DNA of 64,000 nucleotides, taken from assembly GCA_976551045.1 (NCBI GenBank), contig CDPCPM010000056.1:21328001-21392000 (forward strand), given 5' to 3'. The notes beneath the pieces were generated by a model. It saw nothing but the letters and a program-made list of their open reading frames with translations. It did not search any database and was not told the origin of the DNA. Of the stretch, positions 24,246 through 35,639 are shown piece by piece (position 1 is the first letter of the stretch; every line of letters starts with the position of its first letter). The DNA comes from Glaucostegus cemiculus (taxonomy: Eukaryota). The translations under genes were made by a program, and so were the position numbers.

Positions 24246-26569
24246 TAAAAAAATAACAATGCCAAACCATTCAAGCATTATTCTTTTGACCTTATTTAAG
24301 CCCTTGATTACATAAAAGCCTCATAATACCCTTCACCAACTTTCATATTGCACATGTAATCCAGAACATGTACCATTTTTCAAACTACAAATTGGAAATG
24401 AAACAGTCAAATTTAACACTTGGCAAATAGATCAGAATAGATCTGAGCTTCAGCTCCACATTCAAAAGTGAGAATTTGTCATTAAGCTCAACATGCAAGT
24501 AGAAGTTATGGTTTAAGTGCATTATTAAAAGCCACTAAAAATATAATTCCAATGATATATTGTTGTTGTCTTTAGAAAATCTTCTAATATCTTATGTGAA
24601 ACCTGTTAACTTGTGCAGCAATTACACATCAATTCAGAGTTTAATTTTAACGATTGGCTGCATTTAAGTAGTTTCATTGTCATTTTTTTCAAGACAGCCC
24701 AATCCACTGCCTCTCTCATATACACATACTCATACACACAAGGAGCGAACAGCTGAGTGTCACACCAACTCAAACATCTCTATTCCACCTCATTCCTCCA
24801 TTTATAAGAGGGTATTTTTAGGAACACGAGTGCATAAGAAACACAGACTAGTCTGAAGAATCTGCAAATGACCCCACATAAACTTGAACATACATTTGTT
24901 CTCTGCATCAACAAGCTGGATGCACCCTACAGAGGTTTTTTCTAACTCCTTTAAGATCTCAGTCACATTGATGCAGCACAGAATGTTCCTATTATACTAA
25001 TAGAGCAATGAATGTTCTGCTGATCTTAACGAAGTAGCTGCCCAAATGCAGTACTCTGGAGAGGGATGAAGAATTGTGGATCTATTGGCACATACAGATA
25101 AAATGAAAATTCAAAGTTTGAAATATTTTTGCATTTGGTTTAGATATAGAGATCAACCTTCTTGACTATTTGTTATTTGGCAGCATTCAGACATAACTAT
25201 TTTATAGCAGTGACTGGGGAGAATACAAGTTAACAATGGAAATAAATATAAGAGACAGACAGCAAGATTTTCCAAAAATCCAACTCCATATTAATATCAA
25301 GCTGGGCATGCAGCTGAATCGTAATATGGGCAGCAACTATAGGAAACTTGAAAACCTCATACCAACATACTGTACTACACTATTTTGTGTAAATCAGACC
25401 CATACTAAAATAGTCAGCCACTGGGACAATTCCATCAATTCAACTGCTTATTTTGCCCTTTTCTACTATTCGTGCTGGTGGAAATACTGATGTTATTCCA
25501 GCTAGCAGGATGGTTATATATTACCCTCATCCTTCCATATGGCTCATCACCTTCATTTCTCAATAACAAGTGCAAAGCCCAGTGAGCAACACTACAGAGA
25601 CCCCTTCCACTTCAACAATTAAACATTGAGAATGGATTGCAGGTACTTTTGAGCATTAATGCCACGTGAATACAAGTTTGCAATGAAACTGCTTATACTT
25701 TCCAATGAAATTCTGCCAACTAATAATTTCTAGGCAGGTTATTTTTTCACAATTCTACATAATAATAAAGAAAAGGAATTTCAATGCAGAGAGCTCTAGT
25801 AATTAAAGAAATATAGCAAATTCTCTTCTAAATATTTACCATATGTCTACACACACATAGTTGTACTTGCTAGCTTGTTTAAAAAAACTGCAATTAATCC
25901 CATGATTAAAATTTTAATTAGTTAATCTTGTATCAATTAGATAGCCAATTAAAGGCAATTACAACATCCAGTATGTTCAAATTTGTTTTATTACTAATGC
26001 TATCATCCAAAAACTGATCAAGACTGCTGTATATTTTTCCTTTTTTCTACTTCCAGAAAAGTAATGTAAAATTTTTTTTTTTAATGAGGACGTTCTGCAT
26101 TTAGGGGATACGGACAGGGTCCAGATTTGTGTTGTGCTGGGGACACAGGCTCAGGTTTTAATTTCCCAGGGATGGTCATTTTGATGAAGTGATGAGTGCA
26201 GTGGGATAGCCTCAGTGAAGCAAGGACAACCATAAAAAACTGCCCATTAATTGCAGAAGTTAACTACAATTAATTCATAGCCTAAGAACCCAATACAAGC
26301 AGTTACGGTAAGAAAGACTCCATGTGGCCATATAAACGCTAATGATCTAATTAATAGATCATAAGATGTTAAGTTCTGGAAGAGCACAGCCCTTCTGGAA
26401 TGTATACGCTATCTGTACTCTGATTGGAGATTCTACTGAAATTATTCTATAGTTATAGTAGTACTTTCCCTTTTTAAAAATATGAACTTGATGATGTCTT
26501 TTTTTTGAGGAAAAACTTGGTTAACAGTGTAGATAGCAATGACCAGAATTGCTACAGGGAACTTTTAAG

Positions 26570-26935
26570 ATTAAATGAATATTTATATTGACATAGCAAA
26601 ACATTCCAAGGCACCTCATTGGAGTGTATCACTTAAGGAAATTATTGGTAATGTGATCCTGGTTTTGAGAGAGTCCTTCGAGAGAAAGTGGTTAGGCAAG
26701 CTATTCCAGAGCTTTGGGCTTTGGTCGTTGAAGACACAGACATCAAAAGTAGAGTTATTTAAAAACCAAGGACGATTCAGAGATCAGAATTATGCAAATC
26801 TTGGTGGACTGCAGGAGTAACTGGGATTACAGAGAGTGGAAGGGGGCAAAACCATGAAGGGATTGAAAACAAGAAAAAAGAACCTTAAATGCTTTTGTAC
26901 AGGGGTGATGGGTGAACAAGATTTGGTATGAAGAT
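26570..26935 (-). mobile_element. L2-like LINE remnant
   Basis: …ctattccagagctttgggc…gggattacagagagtggaagggggcaaaaccatgaagggattgaaaacaag. A similar sequence lies at about 37910-38170. Confidence 0.5.
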
Positions 26936-27095
26936 ACAAGAGACTGCAGATGCTAAAATCTAGAGCAACACAAAAGGCGCTGGAGGAACTTAGCAAGTCA
27001 GGCAGCATCTATGGAAGGAAATGTGACAGTCGATGTTTCAGGTCAGGACACAAGGGTCTCGACCTGAAACATCAACTGAACATTTCCCCCCACAG
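26935..27095. repeat. Penelope-type terminal repeat with internal inversion
   Basis: gctggaggaacttagcaagtcaggcagcatctatgga…gatgtttcaggtc…gacctgaaacatc. Confidence 0.7.
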
Positions 27096-27199
27096 GACTT
27101 GGTACGATTGAGAACACTGGCAGCAGAATTTTGAATGACCTATGATGCAGGAAATTTTTAATACGTTGCATTTAAATCATTATTTTTCATGTCCTGAGA

Positions 27200-27430
27200 A
27201 AATTACCACAAAGTCAGTTTAGTCATAATAGTTAGGGATAAACATTAGCCAAGATATCAGGAATAACACTACTCTTCAACAAAGGAATATTTTACCCAAG
27301 AGGGCAGACAAATTTTCATTTTAAAATTCTGTATTAAGGTGGTACAACCCATAACACAGCACTTAGATAGAAATGCACTGGAGTATCGGATGAGATTTTT
27401 ATGTTCAAGCTTCTGGGGTACATCTCTAAG
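27200..27430 (-). mobile_element. Deu-domain SINE remnant
   Basis: gggataaacattagccaaga…ctcttcaa…gagggcagac…tgcactggagt…gatttttatgttcaag. Confidence 0.5.
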
Positions 27431-27454
27431 TCACAACCCTCTGAACTCCTGGTG

Positions 27455-27730
27455 GATCACAGAATGGATACAGCACAGCAGGATGCCATTCAGCCCATTG
27501 AGTCTGCACCCATTCTCCAGCAACCCAAAAAGTCTCATTCTCCTGTCTTCCATAGCTTTCAAATTCTCCCTTTGTATATACTTACTCAGATCCCTTCCAA
27601 ATGCCAGAATGGAACCGACTTCAACACTTATGCCTGGCAGTCACTCCAGACCTTAACCACACACTGGACAAGACGTTTTTGTCCAGACCCTAACCACACA
27701 GTGTAAAACAAATTTTCCTTATGTCACTAA
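27455..27730 (-). mobile_element. CR1 3' end
   Basis: cacagaatggatacagcacagcaggatgccattcagccc…ggcagtcactccagacc…ttttccttatgtc. Confidence 0.65.
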
Positions 27731-28652
27731 CAAAAAATGTGACCACAGCTATCGAGTTAGTCATCCCAGAGTAACAAAAGCATAGTTGAGGGTTTCTAGA
27801 ATGAGATGAGCCGAAACAGGAACAGTGACTGCATATCATAAAAAGTAGAAATGGGCAGTACAGATTTAAATCTGACTAACCAGCCACAAGGGACTCAACA
27901 ACATGTCAGATTTGATTTGAGCTGGATCAGTATACAAGAAATTTGATAAAATAGTAAGATTTAGTTTTGATCAGAATATGCCAGACCAGCCCGACTCAGT
28001 ACTCCATCCAGGCCAAATTGATTTGCTTAATGAGAAATCAACTTTCAGAAAGTTGAGAGTTTCAGGTGTATCTATTCTATATTTCATGCTCAAATGTTTC
28101 ATTGGGATTGATAATAGTACCGCGATGGTTGGATCAGGTCAGGCATGGAAGAAGTCCTAAATACTTGGACAGGAGTTGGATTTGGATTGGCCATGGTCAG
28201 GCCAGGTGAGATTTAAATTTTATACTTAAACAATGCTATCACATGAGACATCAATCTTGTCGTCAGTTTTATTTCTGTTTCAATCAGTTGCCAGGGAAGA
28301 TAAAGCCAGCAGAGTATGACGGGGAGACCAAATGTGAGATCGCTAAATTTAAGGATGAAATAACACCTAAAAGGATTGATTTTGAAAATAAACACGGTTC
28401 CCTCCAATTCCCTGTTCCCTCCATTCAAAATAAAAGGCAAAAAGTTACTCAACATAAAGTGTGCTTACTATACATCTCAAATGGAATATTCAAGACCATG
28501 GAAAACACAGAAAAGTTATAGCTTGATGGCATATGATTAGATTTTTTCACCAGAGCACATGGCTTTAATTAAAACACCTCTCCCCCCTTCCAAAAGTGCA
28601 GTTTCCCCCCCCAAATCAGTATTTAAAAAGTTGCATTACAACATAACCTTAC

Positions 28653-28695
28653 CATTCAGCCTTGCTTGCCTGTTGGACCTTACTCGCAAAAATGT
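28653..28695 (-). CDS. RNF220: RNF220 coding exon, 43 nt, TFLRVRSNRQARLN+G
   Basis: Long polypyrimidine tract ending tttttctttag| and donor ATG|gtaagg. Phase 0 in, phase 1 out. Matches recalled TFLRVRANRQTRLN. Confidence 0.95.
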
Positions 28696-28848
28696 CTAAA
28701 GAAAAACAGAAAAGAAAGGTGAAAAATAAACAGGAAGCACTTAAACTGTCAGATGCTATCTGAATATAAGTGAAATATATGCCTGAAGCAGATGGATTGC
28801 AGTGGATTCTCTCATTGCCCAACTGCACAGGATGTAAACAAAACCTAC

Positions 28849-28941
28849 TTCCTCCTTGCCATTGGTGTGTTCTGGATCCTCCATTCCTGCTGGGTCCATG
28901 GCAGGATTAAAATGGGATAACCTGTCAATATTACTTGGCAT
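28849..28941 (-). CDS. Candidate alternative first coding exon of a short RNF220 isoform, (MPSNIDRLSHFNPA)MDPAGMEDPEHTNGKEE
   Basis: Optimal Kozak GCCATGG with the ATG at 28899-28897. Phase-0 donor GAA|gtaggt after 28849. A 153-nt intron leads to the phase-0 acceptor at 28695. Lies just downstream (minus strand) of a CpG/motif cluster. Confidence 0.65.
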
Positions 28942-29054
28942 GAATGTAGCACCTGGAAGCTTTACACCTTTATAATCCGATCCGTGCAGTTCACAGAAAC
29001 AGAGAGGATGTCATTAGATTCAAACCAAGAGGCTACATCTTGCTCAGCTTACAC

Positions 29055-29155
29055 CAGGCCTCGGAGAATGCCGGGTCACGTGACCGCTAGCGAAAGGTGA
29101 AAGTGCAAAGCACAAAGCGCACATGCGCCGACCGGCCGATAGGTGGCAGCAAATT
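29055..29155. promoter_or_regulatory. Intronic CpG cluster / candidate internal promoter
   Basis: 10 CpGs in 29062-29138 against a CpG-poor background. Perfect palindrome GGTCACGTGACC (29074-29085; USF/TFE/CLEAR-type E-box), NRF1-like GCACATGCGC (29119-29128) and CTCF-like CCGATAGGTGGCAG (29136-29149). Confidence 0.65.
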
Positions 29156-30414
29156 AGCATCCAAGAGCAGTGCCTGAATTTGACCCTGTCAGTCCTGCAG
29201 CCTGCACTGTTGCTGCTCCTTGGAGAACGTCATGCATTTGTTAATTACATCTTTAAATATTTTTTATGCATTCAAGGAAGAAAATAAACTTTTTTTTAAT
29301 CAATATTGGAAACAATAGGAAAAATTGCCTCAACTTTTTTTTAGTGTCTTGAACTGATAACTCCACATTGAATTCATATTGCTTGTTGGAATTGTGAAAG
29401 AACAGCTAAATTTTATCATTAAATGAAAAGTAACTTTACATCCTACACAACAATAGTTTTAAACAGAGGAAAAACACAAACAGCTTTTCTATCTTTTACA
29501 TCCAAACTAATATTACACCAAGTAAATTACAAGATTCAATTGATAAACTTTATATAATTTTGCACTGCAAAAAAATCTAAACCACTAAGAAACCAGCATA
29601 TATTACATTGTAAAATATATTGTGTTGAGGCAATACTAGCATAATGTTGAACAACTATTTAGCATGACCTGAAGAATACCATGTTATCATCAATGACCGT
29701 ATGGTATTCCAAGAGGGGGAATGGCAGTTACTTTAATATATCTAGTATATTCTTATTCTTCTCCTTTCTTGTTTTGATTCTGAACCACTTTTAAATGTTT
29801 GCAAATATTGTTCTATTTATTCTGCAAGCTCATCCATAAAATCACACATTTAGCAGTAATGTTCCCATGATAGTAGACTCAAGTGTCAATCTCTTTTGAT
29901 TTTTTCTTCAAACATTGGCAAACCACCTACTGAGGTGTTGGGGTGTCCTACATACACAGAGTTATTATTTTCCCTGATGGTGAACAATTAGCTAGTATTT
30001 CAACATACAGAGCCTTGAAGTAAATTATGGAAGAAAGTAAAAATAATGAGTTTTTTTTTCAGATCAAAATTCTGTTAAGCGAATTCATGATAACAGCCTG
30101 AAAAAAATTGTTAAAAGGGGAAAAAAACCCACAAAAATAAGATTGCAGATAACTGATGAGGTTGTTATGGAGATAACGGTTCCTCATAGAGAAGAAGATT
30201 CTCAGGCACTGTATTCCCTCTGCAGGTGAGAGGTTAATGATAGCACAACACAGTAAAACACACATTTTCATCAACAACAGGAGAGCATCAATTATCCAAA
30301 CTATTTATAATTAGAAGTGGTGAGGATCCAATAATTCACTTACTGGGATACTCAAACACTAATTAGGCCATATACACAAGGTTTTTTTGTTCACTCATCA
30401 TGTTAGGGACATAA

Positions 30415-30900
30415 CATTATAGAACCATAAAGAACAGAAGCCCATTTGGCCATCACGTATACTTCAGTGATATTAAAGAGTTCTCCAATTTGTTCCACTC
30501 TCCTGATCTTTTCCAATGGCCCTACATTTATTTTCTTTTTCACATATATATCTAATGCCCTTTTGAAATTTATTATTCAATCTTCTTGTGACCACTGCAT
30601 GCAAAGTCACAGAATGAAATCATGTTAAACTAAAAACTGAACTCCTCTTATTCTTTTGCCAAGTATCTCAAATCTGTGTGCTCTGGTTTTTGAGCCTCCT
30701 ACCAGAACCACTTATTTTATTGGAGCACTCATAACTTTGAATATTAGAGCTCCTCTTAACCTCTCAATGGAAAACAATCGTGGATTTTCTATGGTTATTT
30801 TAGTCTTCATGTACATTGAAGATCCCTCATTTCAGATATCATTCTGTTATGACCTGCACACTCTCTATTGTATATTTTACTGCAATTTAGCAGTTATCTA
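30415..30900 (-). mobile_element. Degraded CR1 3' end
   Basis: atagaaccataaagaacagaagcccatttggcc…aatctgtgtgctctggtttttgagcc. Confidence 0.5.
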
Positions 30901-33690
30901 TGAGCTGTATGCTTGTCTGTATGTATGATTGTTCTGAAATAGAGTTGCTGCTCATGAAATATCATTGAGTTAGAAATTTTGATGAAAACCATTCACTTGA
31001 CAAAAGTACAGCAGCATTAGCAGTATCCTTAAAGAAGGAAATAGCAACAACAAAGTGAGAAGTTTATCATTTGTACAAAATATTGAAAATAAGCTATATT
31101 TTATAAAATAAAACAGTTATTCCAAGTTTCAGTGGTGTTCTGATGCTCTGCTGTGAACAGTGAGAGAGAAGGGCACAGGAACGTAGGAAAAGGTCTTTCA
31201 GCTTACCTAGTTTACTATATAATTAAACATCTCGGCAGATCAGTAAACCTTCCGCCTATCTTTGGATTAACGGAGTGGGTCAATTTTTTAAATATTTCAC
31301 CCTGATCAACTTTCCATTTGTTCTATGATAGAGTCACATTCGTTGGCAAAGTTAAGTGGCTATTGCTTAATTTACATGTAGATTTTTGGCTACATTCGCT
31401 TGCATTCAATCCTCAGTTTCAATTCAGATTTAATACAAATTACTACTCAAAATTAACCCCTTTGTTCCCTTCATGGTTTTTATATGTTGACCCCTTCCTT
31501 TTAACTCCTCCATTTTTACCTAATAATATGTTTACATTTCTCATCCTATCCCAATGGTTTTAAGACACAGCCCTGTATAATCCTCGCTATCCTCCCTAGA
31601 TCCTTCCCAGAGACTCTTCTCTTTATGTAAATTAAGCAACTAAAGAAGAACACCATGCTCTCACTTTGTCTTCTCGCTGACACAGCACAAAAAAACTGAC
31701 AGAAGTAATTTCTCTTTCAAAGGTGTGGTTTCAGGGATGAATAATAGTGTCAGTATAATTACCTGAATCTTCTGTTATACATTTACATAACACTCCAAAA
31801 CATGTTTCCTGCTACATGTAATATCACCTTCATCGATAAAAACTTGCATGGAATTCCACATGAAGGGAATGACATTTTAAGGAATTTAGAATCACAGAAG
31901 AATTAAAATTCAGTAACATAAATAAATAAAACACATTTTTGCAAAATCACACAATTTCTAAATTGTTTTTACATGGTAAAATAATACAGGACTAGACTCC
32001 TTGATCAAACTATCTTCATTTTGGGACGAAGGAGGGTTGATGTCACTAGGCGAGGTTACCTTAGGGTCAAGGTGGCTGCACAATGAGATCCCTCAGGTGT
32101 TGAGGTGTATCCCAGGTGATATGCCCAGCAATAGAAACTTGGAACCAAATTAAACCCCTGGAGTACACAGTAAACTTGACAGTAGGTCAGACAGGCCAGC
32201 GTAGGGCAGCTGATAATTGACCAGCCAGTCCAGCTCATTAGTTCAACTTGGAAGGTAGATCTGTTACTGGAGTTGGCATTCTTCTCATTCAGGTCTTTCC
32301 AAATAAACTTTTCAAGATAATATTGAATGATGGTACAGCAGGAAGCTTACTTGCTGTTTGCTGCTGTTTTCCAACATGTGTTCGGCTCTGGACTTTTTGT
32401 TGGATAAGCTCCAGCAATTTTCCAGTGTGCACACATGCAGGGCTATTGGTTTACAAATTTGCCTAAAATCCATGAGTTTAAGTAAATCAAGTATGTGCAG
32501 CCCACTCATGGAAAACAGAATCCATATCTGTGTGCATTTCCTGGTAGTGTGTGTTGGAGGCTCTTAAAGATGGGGGCAAATGTTTGCATTGCAATAGAGA
32601 AGAATACTGCTTAGTAAAAATGAGTTCCTTTTTTAAGTGCTCAGACAAAATCTGTGTACAAGGCTAGAGACAAAACATTTACTCAAAACCTTAATTGCAA
32701 AAGAAGGGCAAAATATGTCAGACTTATTAAAATAATACTTTTTGAAATCAAACAAAGAAATTAGCATTCAAGTTCTAACTTCATATGGGGTGGGTTTTAT
32801 TTTCACACATTAATTTGACAGCTAAAACTTCCAATAAAAATGTGATGCTCCTGCATGAAGTTTACACATTCTGTGAAAATGCTAATGTTAGACAAGTAGA
32901 ACAGCTTGACCTTCCACCAAAATAATCTACCATACAGTCATTATTTGTGCTGATTTTTACTTGTTTTTACAGTTCTCCTGTTCCTCTGATGACTGACCTG
33001 ACAAATGCACCACTGGGAATGGTAGTTGGCCATACAGAACATGGTTTGAGCTGAGTTAACTGACATGAGCTTCAGCAACAGTAGGTGCACTGTAATTGGT
33101 CTCAGAACTCTTGAGCTATGGAAAGGTAAATCAACCCGGGTTTCCGATCTCGATCATTATCCAGTGACTTGAAAGTGAGAGTGTAAACTCCAGCCGAGAA
33201 CAGATCAGCTTTGACCATCACAGTTCCTGAGATGGAATAGCTTTGCTAAAACTCGCCATCCAAGTTACAAAATGAATGGTTGGTTGTCCAGGGTATGTGG
33301 AGAGCTACTGATGCTCGAGCATCAATGCTTCAGCTCAAGCCTTTGATTTGAAGAACAGATAGTGGGGGGAAAAATGTTTAAATATTTATTTTTGTTTGTT
33401 TTTAAGCCAGCTATTTTCCATAGTTCAAATCATAAAAACTGTGGTTTTATCCAGAGCCTGCACAAATTAAAACGGTGTGGTGTAATTATATTAGCTCTTC
33501 TTAATGACCTGCTTTTCCTAACCTTTTGGACATACCTTAGCCCAACTGATGCTTTTACAAGAGTAACTTTATTTAAAAGTATAAATTAATGAAACTGCAA
33601 CAAATATAAGAAAGATGCTGTTTGAATTCCAGCAATTCCTTCAATTAAAAGGATCTTATTCTGTGAAACTCTTCCTATTTTCCTACTTAC

Positions 33691-33714
33691 CCCGGGTACA
33701 GCCAGGAAACCCAT
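33691..33714 (-). CDS. Candidate second alternative first coding exon, MGFLAVPG
   Basis: Strong Kozak GGAATGG, 8 codons, then consensus donor GGG|GTAAGT in phase 0, compatible with the 28695 acceptor. In-frame TAA upstream at 33744-33742. Confidence 0.4.
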
Positions 33715-34230
33715 TCCCAAGTTGTCGATGTTAAGATCAAGTTAATTCTTAGAATACACCTCAAACCAACACAGGATGATTAATGGAATAGACTGAATGA
33801 TAGACATGGGTTGGCTGATAATCACACAGTAAGTAGAATCAGATCCAGTGTACTATAACAGTTCTTGTTGAGGCAGCCTTGGTGTCATCTGATTTTTATT
33901 CAGCTAATTTTGTCACAGAGTTCAGCAATTTAAGGCTTCAGGCACCTTTGCTCTTGGAGACACTTCTCTGATTTGAGTACAATCTCCAGTTCTTCGAAGT
34001 AAAACTAGTGACATGATGGCCTAGAAATTCAATTGTCCATTAAAGTATGCATTAGAATGCTGCTGTATGGGGGAATTGGGGCTTGTTCAATTAGTGTGTA
34101 ATTTTCAATTGTGCACCTAACACAAGGACTTGTGTGCAAAGAGGCACCAATCACAAGGTTTTGCACATTGGTGTACATGAATGGTGAATAAGTCTGGGAG
34201 TCCTGTGCACCAGCAAAAGCTACCCTGCAC

Positions 34231-34586
34231 TAGCTTATGTCATATAAGATGGGCGGTAACAGTCTTTTCCCTAGGGTACGGGAGTCCAAAACTAGGGGGC
34301 ATAGGTTTAGGGTGAGAGGGGAAAAATTTAAAAAAGGACCTGAGGGGCAACTTTTTTCACGCAGAGGGTGGTGAACATATGGAACAAGCTGTGAAAGGAA
34401 GTGGCTGAGGCACATACAATAGTATCATTTAAGAAGCACTTGGGAAGGTACACGCAGGGGAGGGGCTTAGAGGGATATGGGCTGAATGCAGGAAATTGGG
34501 ACTAGCTGGGTGGGCACTGTAGTCAGCATGGACTCGTTGGGCTGAAGGGCCTGTATCTGTGTTGTATTGGTCTGTGACTCTCTATA
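34231..34586 (+). mobile_element. Young CR1 3' end
   Basis: SLFPRVRESKTRGHRFRVRGEKFKKGPEGQLFSRRGW, then gggctgaagggcctgt and a tgactctctat tail. Flanked by CCTGCAC on both sides. Confidence 0.9.
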
Positions 34587-34949
34587 CCTGCACCCCTTGA
34601 GCGCTGAATCTAACCACTGCTGAAATTTGTTGTGCAGCTCAGAACTGCAGAGAGGAAAGACCACACGGGCACCTCCTTTACTTGGTGAGTGGTCCTGCAC
34701 GCTCGGATCTCTCGTAAATACTAAGGAACAAAGGAAGCAAAGGAGGTGGGAAGGGAGAATACCAAATGTCAAGTCCTGAGGAGCAGGTGCCAGACAAAGA
34801 TTTGTGGCCTCATGTGCGTTCAAATGTAAACTGCAACCAATCCCATCTACCAACATCCACATACTTACTGCCCCAGTGCTCTCATTCACATTTCCTATGT
34901 TGCACACACTTCTCACTATTCAATGATAGCATACGTATAGCACCCGCAG

Positions 34950-35335
34950 GGCAAAAAAGTGGCTCAGCTAGTAGAGCTGCTGCCTCACAGCTTCAGTGAC
35001 CCAGGATCAATCCTGACCTTAGACACAGTCTGTATGGAGTTTGCATGTTTTCCCTGTTATTGTGTGGGCTTCCTCCCTGTGCTCTGGTTTCTTCTTACAT
35101 CTCCCAAATTTGTGTGGGTCAGTAGGTTAATTGGCATTGCCCCTAGTGTATAGATGACTGGTAGAATCTGGTTGGGGGGGGGGGGTGGTCGTGGGGGAAG
35201 AGTTGATAGGAATGCGAGAAGAATAAAATTGGTTGGGGTAGGATTAATGTAAAAATGAGTGCTTGATGGTCAACACAAACATGGGAGGGGTGGAAACACA
35301 GGGCCTGTTTTCATGCTGCATCTCGCTGTGACTTG
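34950..35335 (+). mobile_element. V-SINE
   Basis: tggctcagctagtagagctgctgcctcacagc…GGATCAATCC…gtgctctggtttcttcttacat…gggcctgttttcatgctg. Confidence 0.85.
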
Positions 35336-35639
35336 ATGATATTCACTAACACTCTGAAGCTCTTTCTCAGAGAAGAATGTGATCACTACCGCAGGCTCTA
35401 CTAGCAACTGAAGCCATTTGGAGGAGTGGGTGCTGCCAGTACTTGGCTTGGTGACCACAAAGATGGTGTCCAGTGAAGGATTAGCATTCACTGAGGATGA
35501 TGGTGAACTCATTTCCATTCCTCCTTCTTACATCACCCCTCCCACTCACCCTGCACTCTCTTTTGTCTTAGAAGAATCAAGTGGTTCGAGCACATGTCCT
35601 GTTCCATGTCCCCTTCTCTAACCATGACCACATCGTTGT

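Larger units (their letters stand above)
22950..24330 (-). mobile_element. CR1 remnant including the APE endonuclease region, interrupted by Penelope-type repeats and a microsatellite
   Basis: ORF 23443..23715 contains VMLRDFSYLNINCD (~ GDFNYPNINW). Confidence 0.6.

Noticed and set aside
32056-32238. Donor AAG|GTAACC with an upstream ORF as another alternative first exon
   Set aside because: The donor falls in phase 2 of the ORF, and the phase-0 frame has a TGA just upstream, so it is incompatible with the 28695 acceptor.
33683-33705. U1 snRNA-like start (ctacttacc…)
   Set aside because: Similarity is limited to the reverse complement of a splice donor; no U1 body follows.
35172-35200. G-run as a functional G-quadruplex
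   Set aside because: It is an expansion of the G-rich segment inside a V-SINE, and homopolymer length is error-prone.
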